Below, in pieces: positions 49,762 through 59,453 of a stretch of 64,000 nt of DNA (the first letter of the stretch is position 1; every line of letters starts with the position of its first letter). The translations under genes and the position numbers were made by a program. Source of the stretch: Promethearchaeota archaeon (lineage in GTDB: Archaea; Asgardarchaeota; Lokiarchaeia; Sigyniarchaeales; SOKP01); contig JBHLMQ010000001.1 of NCBI GenBank assembly GCA_048938005.1, forward strand, positions 32,001-96,000, read 5' to 3'. The notes beneath the pieces are model-generated. The model was not told the origin of the DNA and made no database searches. It was given only the letters and a program-made list of their open reading frames with translations.

Positions 49762-50406
49762 TTATATTTCGATAATTTTTTTTATATCGTCCTCGGTGTA
49801 ATTTAAAGTATCTGTAGCATCAACTTTTTTCAGTTTTCCTCTTTTCTTATAATATTTAATTAGAGGTTTAGCATTTTTTTCGTAAGCATCTAACCTATTT
49901 TTTAATGTTTCTTCATTATCATCGCTTCTTTGCTCAAAACTAATTTCAGCACCACATTTATCACAAATTCCCTCAACTTTTGGCGGAAGTGTAAATTTAT
50001 TATAAATCTCCCCACAGTTTTTACAGCCGTATCTGCCCAAAATTCTTTTAAATATAATATCTCTGGAAACTTGTAATAATAAAAGCAGATCTATTTCAGT
50101 TATATTTGATAATGCTTCTGCTTGAGGTAAAGTTCTCGGAAATCCATCAAGAATGAAGCCACCTCTCTGAACATCTTCTTTATTTAATCTATCTCTAACC
50201 ATTTCAATAGTAACATCATCAGGTACTAATTCACCCTTATCCATATAACTTTTAGCTTTTAATCCTAAAGGTGTTTCATTTTTTAAGTTTTCCCGAAAAA
50301 TATCTCCAGTACTTACATGAACGATTTCAGATAAAACTTTTTTTATCTGCCCCGAAAAAGTACCTTTTCCAGCTCCTGGTGGTCCAAATAATATTAATTT
50401 TTTCAT
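49762..50406 (-). CDS. adk: Adenylate kinase, bacterial-type with Zn-binding LID
   Basis: GPPGAGKGT, STGDIFR, LDGFPRT, CKNC...CDKC and QRSDD motifs. The likely start is ATG 50406. Confidence 0.93.
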   Translation of the reverse strand: MKKLILFGPPGAGKGTFSGQIKKVLSEIVHVSTGDIFRENLKNETPLGLKAKSYMDKGELVPDDVTIEMVRDRLNKEDVQRGGFILDGFPRTLPQAEALSNITEIDLLLLLQVSRDIIFKRILGRYGCKNCGEIYNKFTLPPKVEGICDKCGAEISFEQRSDDNEETLKNRLDAYEKNAKPLIKYYKKRGKLKKVDATDTLNYTEDDIKKIIEI

Positions 50407-50492
50407 TTTTATAAGCACTTTTAATTTTAATTCGTAGATAATTAAATTAGACATTAATTAAATTTATTTTGCTTAAATATATAGAAAAAAGT

Positions 50493-51080
50493 TCATCCAG
50501 TAAAATAAGAATATTCGATTTTTTTAATCAAGTATTGTACAATTCTTTTTTCTCTTAAGCTAAATAGAGGGGCGAAATCACTTTTTATTGAAGATCCATA
50601 ATAAGAATTTCCAAAAAAAGTATTTGATTTTTTAATTGCCTTTAATAATGGATTTTTATTCCCTATATGAAAATAAATCGAAATATCGTTAATAATTAAT
50701 ATTTTTGTTGGATTATCGTTAAAAAATTTTAATATTTTAAAAGTTTTTTTATAATTTTTACATGCATTTTCATAAAGTTCTCTTTTATTCCTTGCATTAA
50801 GGCGGGGTGGGATAATATCTCCTTCAAAATATATGTTCTTACAAATAACACTATTTTCGTAGAAGTCCTTGATTCTACCTCCAATTTTGATATTTTTAAT
50901 AAAATTTAGCGGTGGAGCAAAATCTAATACACTGATTTGTTTTTGATCAAAATGTTTTGATTCTATGAGAAACTGAATAAATTTTGCAGTATAATAAGTT
51001 TTTTTTGTATTAGTTTCTCCATATAGAAAAGTATAATGTCCAATGCAACTTTCAAAATTTAAAGATGGATTATACCTCAT
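50493..51080 (-). CDS. Uncharacterised P-loop-like protein
   Basis: Degenerate Walker A (LYGETNTKKT), LDFAP and ILIIND motifs. Confidence 0.55.
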   Translation of the reverse strand: MRYNPSLNFESCIGHYTFLYGETNTKKTYYTAKFIQFLIESKHFDQKQISVLDFAPPLNFIKNIKIGGRIKDFYENSVICKNIYFEGDIIPPRLNARNKRELYENACKNYKKTFKILKFFNDNPTKILIINDISIYFHIGNKNPLLKAIKKSNTFFGNSYYGSSIKSDFAPLFSLREKRIVQYLIKKIEYSYFTG

Positions 51081-51105
51081 AAAATTGTATCATTAAATAT
51101 TGAAT

Positions 51106-51681
51106 TTAGAAAAAATCCTCCCAAGTTATTTTTGCTTGTTTTAAGATCATTAACATTATAAATCCCATAATAGATCCAGGAATACAACTTAACGCAAATA
51201 AACCCCAAAATGTATAAAGGCTTTCAATGGCAAAAATATTTCCTGAAATTAAATGTGCGATAGTTCCCCCTAAAAAAATCGTTCCCAATGGTTCTGTAAA
51301 AGCAGCTAATTCCACATATTTTGGATATTTTTTCCGTAAAAAATAAGAAACCATTCCAACAACAAAAGCTCCAGTTATTCCTCCATGAAATGCATGAATT
51401 GTACCAATTGAAAATGAAAATCTAAGGATGGCAATATCTAATGCTACTATAATAGCAAAATCTAAACCTATCAAAACACCCGTTATAGCATTAATAAAAT
51501 GAGCAAAGGGGTTGATCTTTGTCCCAAATATTAAAAAATATCCAAAGGGATTTAGATAACTTAATACTAATCCAATTGCTATAAAAATACCAGAAGCAGC
51601 TACTTTTTTAGTTAGAGTATTTTGGAAAAACCGTTTTTGTTTAGTTTTTACTTCCATCTGGTCAGAAATTTCCTCGTTCAT
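51106..51681 (-). CDS. thiW: ECF transporter S-component ThiW
   Basis: PFAHFINAITGVLIG, GTIHAF and EPLGTIFLG motifs. Confidence 0.8.
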   Translation of the reverse strand: MNEEISDQMEVKTKQKRFFQNTLTKKVAASGIFIAIGLVLSYLNPFGYFLIFGTKINPFAHFINAITGVLIGLDFAIIVALDIAILRFSFSIGTIHAFHGGITGAFVVGMVSYFLRKKYPKYVELAAFTEPLGTIFLGGTIAHLISGNIFAIESLYTFWGLFALSCIPGSIMGFIMLMILKQAKITWEDFF

Positions 51682-51811
51682 TTTTTAATCTGATTTGTTA
51701 AAGTAATTTTTCTTGTTAAATTTGAATAATCTACAAAGTTCTTTAAAATTTAATCATTTTTTGAATTAATCAAAATGTTTATCATAGTATTAATTAAGAA
51801 GTTATAAAGCT

Positions 51812-52486
51812 ATGAATCTTGGAGATCAAGAAATAAATCCTACAAAAATCATATGTATTGGTACAAATTATATGGATCATATCGAAGAAACTAAATTAGA
51901 TGTTCCTAAAGAACCTGTTTTGTTTCCAAAGACATTAAATTGCTTGATTTCCAATAAAGAATTTATTATTTATCCAAAATTTTTATACCAACAAAGAAAA
52001 TATAATAGAGTAGATTATGAAGTAGAATTAGCTTTTATTATAAAAGACAAATGTAAATATATTCCCAAAAATGAAGCATATAGCCATATACATGGGTATA
52101 CAGTTTTTAACGATATTACTGCAAGAAAAATGCAAGCGAAAGATATAATATCAAAATTACCATGGTTTCGTTCAAAATCATTTGACACCTTTGGACCCAT
52201 TGGCCCTAGGATTGTTAATACAGAGGAAATTAAAAATCCGCATAATCTGAAGATTGAATTAAGATTAAATGGAGAGACTAAACAATCTTCTAACACTAAA
52301 TATTTGTTATTTAAAATTCCTGAACTTTTGGAATATATCTCTACCTTTTTCACTCTCGAACCTGGAGATATTATAGCCACAGGAACGCCAAGTGGAATTG
52401 GACCTATACAACCGGGTGATATAATTGAAGCAACAATAGAAAAAATTGGAACTCTAACAAATAAGGTTGTTTTGGAAGGTGAGTAG
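51812..52486 (+). CDS. Fumarylacetoacetate hydrolase family protein
   Basis: KIICIGTNY, DYEVEL, NDITAR, KSFDTF and TGTPSG motifs. Confidence 0.92.
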   Translation: MNLGDQEINPTKIICIGTNYMDHIEETKLDVPKEPVLFPKTLNCLISNKEFIIYPKFLYQQRKYNRVDYEVELAFIIKDKCKYIPKNEAYSHIHGYTVFNDITARKMQAKDIISKLPWFRSKSFDTFGPIGPRIVNTEEIKNPHNLKIELRLNGETKQSSNTKYLLFKIPELLEYISTFFTLEPGDIIATGTPSGIGPIQPGDIIEATIEKIGTLTNKVVLEGE

Positions 52487-52489
52487 AGT

Positions 52490-53167
52490 ATTAATATTAA
52501 AATTGGAAATAAAACTATAGATCCAACGAAGATAATTTGCTTAGGACGAAATTATTTAGATCATGCGCAGGAGATGAAAGCACAAGTCCCTAAGAGACCA
52601 GTATTTTTCGTAAAAACTGTGAATACATTAATCACTAATGGGAATCCAATTATTTATCCAAAAATATTATACAATAATCAGGATTATAATCGAGTAGATC
52701 ATGAAGTAGAATTAGCGTTTATAGTTTCTCAGATTTGTAAAAATATTCAAGCTGACCACGCTCACAAATTTATTGAAGGTTATACTGTTTTTCTTGATAT
52801 TACTGCTAGGAAAATGCAAATCAGAGATAGAAATATAAATTTACCATGGTATAGAAGTAAAAATTTTGATACTTTTGGTCCTATTGGTCCGAGGATCACA
52901 CCTTATAGTGAGATTGAAGATCCTCATAATTTAAATATTCAATTAAAAATTAATGGAGAAATACGGCAACAATCCAATACTATAAATATGCTTTTTAAAA
53001 TTCCAGAAATTTTAGCCTATCTTTCCAAGTTTATCACATTAGTCTCTGGGGATATTGTAGCAACAGGTACGCCAAGTGGAGTGGGATCAATCCAACCAGG
53101 AGATATCATTGAAGCTTCAATAGATCAAATTGGAACCATTACACATGAGGTAATTTTGGAAGAATAG
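52490..53167 (+). CDS. Fumarylacetoacetate hydrolase family protein (tandem paralogue); probable ATT start
   Basis: The in-frame upstream extension INIKIGNKTIDPTKIICLGRNYLDHAQEM contains the conserved N-terminal motif. GGAAGGTGA, an SD-like motif, lies 7 nt before ATT 52490. Confidence 0.85.
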   Translation: MNIKIGNKTIDPTKIICLGRNYLDHAQEMKAQVPKRPVFFVKTVNTLITNGNPIIYPKILYNNQDYNRVDHEVELAFIVSQICKNIQADHAHKFIEGYTVFLDITARKMQIRDRNINLPWYRSKNFDTFGPIGPRITPYSEIEDPHNLNIQLKINGEIRQQSNTINMLFKIPEILAYLSKFITLVSGDIVATGTPSGVGSIQPGDIIEASIDQIGTITHEVILEE

Positions 53168-53430
53168 AACTAAATTATAATTTTCTATGTAGGTAAGATT
53201 TAAGATTTATTTTTATTAGCAACATATTTTTAAACAAGAAATTTTATTATTTTCAGTAGTAGATAACAAATTAAAAAATATCAAAACGATTTTTAATAGC
53301 TTCTGAATTCGCCTAAGTTAACTACTGAGATGGGTGCAACAGATTTAATAATACTAAATTATAAAATTATAGATGAATTGATTAGATTTGTTAGTTAAAA
53401 TTTATTAATAATTAGTAATATCTTACTATA

Positions 53431-53616
53431 ATGATCGCAGAGGTTAATGAAGAAGTCAAGAAAGAAATTTTTAATTTAATATCAACTCCTGGAATTGAGA
53501 TAGAAGATATTATTGCTAAAGTAGGGTTGGATTATGATACAATATTAAAAATTTTATCTGAAGAATACTTTAAATGTAATCTCGATCATGGACGTAGGCC
53601 TTGTTGTAGATTTTAA
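53431..53616 (+). CDS. Small hypothetical protein (HTH-like, C-terminal CC)
   Basis: 61 aa with protein-like composition (IEDIIAKVGLDYDTILKIL). Confidence 0.6.
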   Translation: MIAEVNEEVKKEIFNLISTPGIEIEDIIAKVGLDYDTILKILSEEYFKCNLDHGRRPCCRF

Positions 53617-53830
53617 TTCATTCTTATTTTAATAAAACTTTTTAATTTCCCTTAATTCACTAAATCACTAAGTTCAAATAATTTTTAAATGGCTTAGGAC
53701 GTAATAATAAAACGGTTTCAATATAATATAGATATTGAAATGTTCTAGTAAGAAAATAGAGTTTATTTTTATGTTCATTAGTCTTTTAAAATTAGTATTG
53801 AAATAAATTACTGTTAGAAGATTAAAGAAA

Positions 53831-54325
53831 ATGAGTGAAAAAGGTAAAGTCGTTGTTAAGGCATTAGTAACTGGAGGAAGTGCCAGTGGAGGGCCTCCAA
53901 TTGGTCCTACCGTTGGTCCAACGGGAATTAATATTAAGGATGTAGTTGATGAGATCAACAAGCAGACAATGGTGTTTAAGGGATTAACAGTACCTGTTAG
54001 AATTGAATGTGATCCAGAAACAAAACAGTTTGAAATTTTTATCGAAACACCTTCAACAGCCTCATTATTATTAAAAGAAGTAGGCGCTGAAAAAGGGAGT
54101 TCTGTCCCTTCAGAAGATAAAATTGGGAATGTGACACTTGAACAAATTCAAAATGTTGTAGATGCTAAAAAAGATAAATTTTTGGATAAAAGCTATAAAA
54201 CAGCTGTAAAAACAGTGTTAGGAACAGCATTGTCGGTAGGGTTAACTGTAGAAGGAGAGGATCCAAGAATAGTCCAAAAAAGAATAGATAATGGAGAATA
54301 TGACGATAAAATAAGAGGTGATTGA
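53831..54325 (+). CDS. rpl11: 50S ribosomal protein uL11
   Basis: GGSASGGPPIGP, PSTASLL and GTALSVG motifs. Confidence 0.96.
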   Translation: MSEKGKVVVKALVTGGSASGGPPIGPTVGPTGINIKDVVDEINKQTMVFKGLTVPVRIECDPETKQFEIFIETPSTASLLLKEVGAEKGSSVPSEDKIGNVTLEQIQNVVDAKKDKFLDKSYKTAVKTVLGTALSVGLTVEGEDPRIVQKRIDNGEYDDKIRGD

Positions 54326-54331
54326 TAAAAA

Positions 54332-55060
54332 TTGAAAGTGGATGATAAATTATTAAAGAGATCATTAAACGCTGCTATTGATTTTTCTATAATTAAAAAA
54401 GAAGGATTTAAAGATAAAGTTAGAAAATTTGATGAATCAATTGATCTTATAATAAATATAAAAGATGTTAATCTAAACGATCCAAAAAACAGAATTGATA
54501 AAGAAATTATTTTATCGAACGAAATAATAACTGATGATAAACCCAATATATGTGTGATCGCTTCAGACGAGATATTACTTGAAGGCAAAAAACTCGGTAT
54601 TGATACGCTTGATTCAGACGGGTTGATTAAATTAAATAATGAAGAGAAAAAGTATAAGAAAAAATTTGCTAAAAAATATGATTATTTTGTTGTGGAAGAT
54701 AAAATGATGAGGGATGTTGCCCGATACTTAGCAAGATTTCTTGGACCTGTCGGTAAAATGCCAAAACCTTTCCCTACTGGATATGGAATCATTTCTAGCC
54801 CAGATGATTTAAAAGTAGCATATGAACGATATAAAAAAGTTATTCGGATTCAAATGAAAAAGCAACCTATTATTTTCGCAAAAATCGGGAAAAAATCTAT
54901 GGATAAGGAAAAATTATATGAAAATATGAAAACGGTTGTAAATTTTATTGTTGATCAAATGCCACATAAATTTAATAACTTTAGATCAATGTATCTAAAA
55001 TCTACAATGGGTAAACCTGTAAAAGTTACAGAAGAATTCCTAAAAAGCATTGAGGTGTGA
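54332..55060 (+). CDS. rpl1: 50S ribosomal protein uL1
   Basis: RKFDESIDL, LGPVGKMP and KSTMG motifs. Confidence 0.95.
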   Translation: MKVDDKLLKRSLNAAIDFSIIKKEGFKDKVRKFDESIDLIINIKDVNLNDPKNRIDKEIILSNEIITDDKPNICVIASDEILLEGKKLGIDTLDSDGLIKLNNEEKKYKKKFAKKYDYFVVEDKMMRDVARYLARFLGPVGKMPKPFPTGYGIISSPDDLKVAYERYKKVIRIQMKKQPIIFAKIGKKSMDKEKLYENMKTVVNFIVDQMPHKFNNFRSMYLKSTMGKPVKVTEEFLKSIEV

Positions 55061-55064
55061 AATC

Positions 55065-55952
55065 ATGATTAAGAATAAACACATCCCACAATGGAAAATA
55101 GATGAAATTAATCATTTGGTTGATTTATTTAAGAACTATAAAAATATTGCTGTGATTGAAGTTGGTCGTATAAATGATATGCAATTTCAAGCAATGAAGA
55201 AAATTTTAAGAGGAAAAGCTGTATTTAGGATGTCTAAGAAATCACTTCAATTACGTGCCATAGAACATTATAAAAAAGAATCTAAAAAGAAAAATCTAGA
55301 TGAATTTGCAAAAAATATTCCAGGTCAATCTAGTCTTGTATTTACTAATATCGACTTGTTTGAATTAAAAAAGATTTTTCTTGAAAACGAGTGGATGGTC
55401 CCTGCAAAACCGAATGAAATTACTCCAGTAGATATATGGGTCCCTGCGGGTGACACTGGACTTCCCACAGGTCAAGTGATAAGCGAATTAAACATGACTT
55501 TGCGATTACCGACAAGAATAATAAATGATACAATCCATATTCGGGAAGATACAAGAACACACAAAGCTGGTGATCTAGTCAATGTTAAACAAGCTGCAGT
55601 TTTGAAAAAGCTAGGAATTACACCTATAGAATCATTGATTAAGATCCACTTTGCATGGAGTGATGGCGAAATTATCCCTGAAGAAATTTTATATATGGAT
55701 ATAGAACAATTGGAGCATGATATTACTATAGCTTACAGACAAGCATTAGGAATTCTTTTTGAAATGCCTTTCTTTTCAGAAGATATGACAGATAAATACA
55801 TTCATAAAGCTGTATCTGAAGCTAATATCTTAAATGCTCATATTTTTGGAGAAGGTATCGAAACATCTATAAGAGAAAAACCTAAAGTTGAAGAAAAGAA
55901 ATCAGAAGATGAAGAAGAAGAATCTGTTGGTATTGGAGGATTATTTGGGTGA
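55065..55952 (+). CDS. rpl10: 50S ribosomal protein uL10 (P0)
   Basis: IPQWK, PAGDTGLPTG and an acidic tail ending GIGGLFG. ATG 55065 follows a GAGGTG SD. Confidence 0.95.
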   Translation: MIKNKHIPQWKIDEINHLVDLFKNYKNIAVIEVGRINDMQFQAMKKILRGKAVFRMSKKSLQLRAIEHYKKESKKKNLDEFAKNIPGQSSLVFTNIDLFELKKIFLENEWMVPAKPNEITPVDIWVPAGDTGLPTGQVISELNMTLRLPTRIINDTIHIREDTRTHKAGDLVNVKQAAVLKKLGITPIESLIKIHFAWSDGEIIPEEILYMDIEQLEHDITIAYRQALGILFEMPFFSEDMTDKYIHKAVSEANILNAHIFGEGIETSIREKPKVEEKKSEDEEEESVGIGGLFG

Positions 55953-56028
55953 ATAATTTAGATTTTTTTTAAATTTCTATTAAAATTACAAATATAATGA
56001 TAAAAAAATAAAAAAGAGGTTTGATTAT

Positions 56029-56316
56029 ATGGAAAGTATTTACGCTGCCTTATTATTACATAAAGCTGAAAAAAAAATTACTGAGGCAAATTTAGAGAAA
56101 GTATTGACTGCAGCAGGTGCGAAAGTTGATAAAACCGAAATTGCTAAGCTCATTACTGGATTGAAGGGAGCAGATATCGATAAAATTATAAAATCAACTA
56201 GTACCATGCCAGTAATGGCATCTCCATCCGAAAAACCTGCTAAAAAGAAAATAGAAGAAAAAGAGAAAAAAGAAGAAGTAGAAGAAGAACCCACAGGTAT
56301 TGGTTCATTATTTTAG
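56029..56316 (+). CDS. rpl12: Ribosomal stalk protein P1 (L12p)
   Basis: MESIYAALLLH, ITEANLEKVL and tail GIGSLF. Confidence 0.95.
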   Translation: MESIYAALLLHKAEKKITEANLEKVLTAAGAKVDKTEIAKLITGLKGADIDKIIKSTSTMPVMASPSEKPAKKKIEEKEKKEEVEEEPTGIGSLF

Positions 56317-56575
56317 CCTGAATGCAGAATAGAAAAATTAAAGCTAATGATTCAAAAGGTAGTAATAACTGGATAGTGAATAATATATAAATAGTTGTTA
56401 TTTTAAAGGATAACATTTTTACTCGAAATTTTTCAGAATATACTTAATTTTGAATCGCAAACTTTTTTTTAAATTCAATTTTTTTTAAATTACATTTTAA
56501 AATAAAGAATAACAAAATATCTACCTAATTGATTTACTAAAATTTACTTTAAAAAACTCACGTTGTTGAATATAA

Positions 56576-58057
56576 ATGGCTGGAAAGTTTCTAAAATTCT
56601 TCTCACCATTCGTAAAGGCAATGCCGGAACTCAAACAACCGCAACGTGAAGTTTCTTTTAAAGAAAAATTCATTTGGACCGCTGTTGTTTTGATCATTTA
56701 CCTAATCTTAAGTAGTATTCCTCTTTACGGTACCCAGATGGCCGAATCAACTGATTATTTCTATTGGTTAAGAGTAATTCTTGCGAGTACACGCGGTCAC
56801 TTAACAGAATTAGGTATAGGTCCCATAGTTACAGCTGGTCTTATCATGCAGTTACTTTTAGGTTCAAGGATAATTAATGTAAACATGGCAGATCCATACG
56901 ATAGAGCTATGTTTAGTGGAGCTCAAAAAGTGCTTGCTATATTTTTAACGATATTCAATGCTATAGCCTATATTTTAGGGGGGGCATTTGGCCCATTATC
57001 AAGCATTGTGGATGCATATGGTGTAGGAGGACCATTCTTTATTTTTTTCCAGTTATTATTTGCTGGAATAATAATAGTATTGTTAGATGAATTACTTCAA
57101 AAGGGATGGGGTCTTGGTAGTGGAGTTTCTTTATTTATAGCAGCGGGTGTTGCTGGACAGATCTTTTGGCATGCTTTTAGTTTTGTCCCTGCTGCTGATG
57201 GCGTCCCAACAGGAGTTGTAATTGCTTTCTTTTCAGTGTTATTTGATGGTAATCCTGATACAAACCTTGGAACTATTCTTATACGAGGAAATTTTCCATC
57301 ATTGATAGGGGGTCTTACGACACTTTTAATATTCTTTTTAGTAATCTGGTTTGAATCTACGCGAGTTGAGATCCCACTTGCATATCGAGGCTATCGAGGT
57401 TTTAAAGGTAAATACCCCATGAAGCTCCTTTATGTCTCCAATATCCCTGTGATTTTGGTCAATGCGTTATATGCTAATATTCTATTCTTCGGACAATTAT
57501 TAGCGGGACCTACATCCGGATTGCGGGCATCAAATGGTGGAATTATCCCTGATTTTTGGCTTAATTTAATAGGAGTGTTTGAATCTGAAACAGCGGATGT
57601 GGGAAGTCAACTTATACCGAAAGGCGGGTTAATTTATTTGCTCACACCTCCATTAGGAGTTGATCAGTTAGCAGAAAATCCTCTTAGAGCCGTGATTTAT
57701 TTAGTGATATTTATTTTTCTTTGTATATTGCTCGGCCGTGTATGGGTCGAAGTTTCCGGATTAGCACCACGTGATATTGCCAGTCAAATAATAGATTCAC
57801 AGATGCAAGTACCTGGATTTAGGAGCTCTGGTAAAATAGTCGAACGAATATTGAAGCGATATATCCCAACACTGGTAATATTAAATGGTATTATTATTGC
57901 ATCATTGAGCTTCTTCGCAGATAGCTTAAGAGCGTTAACTTCAGGCACGGGATTACTAATAACAATTGGAATTGTGCATCAATATGCCGAGACAATCTCG
58001 AAGGAACTCGCAGCGGCACAATACCCAGGCATGCGTGCTATGCTTGGTTTAGATTAG
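56576..58057 (+). CDS. secY: Protein translocase subunit SecY/Sec61alpha
   Basis: ELGIGPIVTAGLIMQLL, GWGLGSGVSLFI, YVSNIP and GTGLL motifs. Confidence 0.97.
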   Translation: MAGKFLKFFSPFVKAMPELKQPQREVSFKEKFIWTAVVLIIYLILSSIPLYGTQMAESTDYFYWLRVILASTRGHLTELGIGPIVTAGLIMQLLLGSRIINVNMADPYDRAMFSGAQKVLAIFLTIFNAIAYILGGAFGPLSSIVDAYGVGGPFFIFFQLLFAGIIIVLLDELLQKGWGLGSGVSLFIAAGVAGQIFWHAFSFVPAADGVPTGVVIAFFSVLFDGNPDTNLGTILIRGNFPSLIGGLTTLLIFFLVIWFESTRVEIPLAYRGYRGFKGKYPMKLLYVSNIPVILVNALYANILFFGQLLAGPTSGLRASNGGIIPDFWLNLIGVFESETADVGSQLIPKGGLIYLLTPPLGVDQLAENPLRAVIYLVIFIFLCILLGRVWVEVSGLAPRDIASQIIDSQMQVPGFRSSGKIVERILKRYIPTLVILNGIIIASLSFFADSLRALTSGTGLLITIGIVHQYAETISKELAAAQYPGMRAMLGLD

Positions 58058-58224
58058 ACGGATAATCTCATCTAATCAAAAAGAAATTATGTAAGACTAG
58101 CTTAGATTATTATAAATATAATTATTTTTGATTTAGATCAAGCATAGAATTATTTATGAATTTATTATGAAAACTAAATCATCTGAAAACTTTATAATTA
58201 TTTCAATATAAATAATCTATAGAG

Positions 58225-58824
58225 ATGTTATCTTTGATGTTTGTAACTTTTTGGGATTTCATTATAAATCCTCCAGGAACGATGATATTTGTTTTTTTGT
58301 TAGCTTTAGCAACAGCGTTAATTAGTGCTCTTTTAACAAAGTGGTTAGTAGATACTGAAGAAATAAACCGGAAACAAAAACAAATAAAAGCTCATGAAGA
58401 AGAAAAACAAAATATAATTGATTTAGCAGAAAATGACCCTGAACGCTATAGAAAGGCTCGAAAAAGATGGGAACGTAAAGATGCTATGTTAAAGAAAACA
58501 CAGCAACGAATGGCGCTTCAAAGGATGAAACCAACATGTATAACATTTATTCCAATGATTATAATTTTTGGTATTATGAATACGATTTTTGGCGGGAGAC
58601 AAATAGCATTATCCCCGATGCACGCTAATGATGTTCCAATAATAGGCCCAATAATAAGTGCTGATGCATTTTGGATTAATTTTACAGCTTGGTACTTTCT
58701 TTGCTCTTTGGGAATTAACACACTTGTTCAAAGGGTATTAAAACTTCAGAGCCAAGCTTCAGGAGGAATGGGAGGTATGTTTGCTGGCCAGAAAGCAAAA
58801 TCATTAGAATTTCCAGAGGTATAA
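58225..58824 (+). CDS. EMC3/TMCO1 (DUF106, Oxa1 superfamily) membrane insertase
   Basis: TM1, coiled coil, MKP...FIP, WYFLCS; located after secY. Confidence 0.88.
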   Translation: MLSLMFVTFWDFIINPPGTMIFVFLLALATALISALLTKWLVDTEEINRKQKQIKAHEEEKQNIIDLAENDPERYRKARKRWERKDAMLKKTQQRMALQRMKPTCITFIPMIIIFGIMNTIFGGRQIALSPMHANDVPIIGPIISADAFWINFTAWYFLCSLGINTLVQRVLKLQSQASGGMGGMFAGQKAKSLEFPEV

Positions 58825-58851
58825 CATATTAAATCTATATAAATAAATATA

Positions 58852-58982
58852 CGCAACGGGAGGGATATATTCCCATAAGAAGTGGCTTCTTATCGTTTGA
58901 ACCCCCGAGTGCATTCACACACCGGCTTTCTGGGACAGAATCCTCTCCAAGCCGGCGCCGTACCGGGCTAGGCAACCGTTGC
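58852..58982 (-). tRNA. tRNA-Ser(GGA) with two BHB introns (37/38 and 58/59)
   Basis: Acceptor GCAACGG/CCGTTGC plus G73; anticodon stem CCGGC/GCCGG; anticodon GGA (58946-58948); long variable arm; T-stem GGGGG/CCCTC. Introns at 58928-58944 (17 nt) and 58867-58896 (30 nt). 84 nt after splicing; CCA is not encoded. Confidence 0.92.
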
Positions 58983-59033
58983 ATATAAAAAAATAAATAT
59001 TCAAATTATTTTCTTGATTTTAATTTACTTATA

Positions 59034-59306
59034 CTATTTTATAGGGATAGAGACAAGTTCTTTCATTTTCTTTTCTAATTTTGCTTTTTTAATCGCAGCT
59101 TCTACTTCCTCATGCGACGCTCCTTTCTTGATTTCTACAGTTTCTGTAATTGGTTCAATATGTTTATAATTTATCCTTCTTCTTCGAACTTTTAATCCAT
59201 CAATAAGCAAGTAATTCTTATCAATGACATCAACAATAACACAGTAATATCCTGATTCTCTTCCCATGGTTTTTATGCATAATCTTCCAATATTGTACAC
59301 GCTCAT
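59034..59306 (-). CDS. rpl14e: 50S ribosomal protein eL14
   Basis: IGRLCIKTMGRESG..CVIVDVID and VRRRRINYKHIEP motifs. Confidence 0.95.
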   Translation of the reverse strand: MSVYNIGRLCIKTMGRESGYYCVIVDVIDKNYLLIDGLKVRRRRINYKHIEPITETVEIKKGASHEEVEAAIKKAKLEKKMKELVSIPIK

Positions 59307-59453
59307 ATAATTTGTCACCAAATTATTTATAAAATTTTCTTTATTACTGACTTTTTTAAGTGGCCAGTAAACAAAAACAATTTATAGTGATTTAGAAAAT
59401 CAATACGAAAATAAAATTTTTATGCTTTTTCCAATCATATTAGTTTATCACAA

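Noticed and set aside
56330-56385. ATGA...GA segment after the P1 gene as a possible SECIS or C/D sRNA
   Set aside because: No convincing stem, and no upstream in-frame TGA selenoprotein.
58048-58080. Hairpin GATTAGA/TCTAATC over the secY stop codon
   Set aside because: Short AT-rich stem without a U-tract; may occur by chance.
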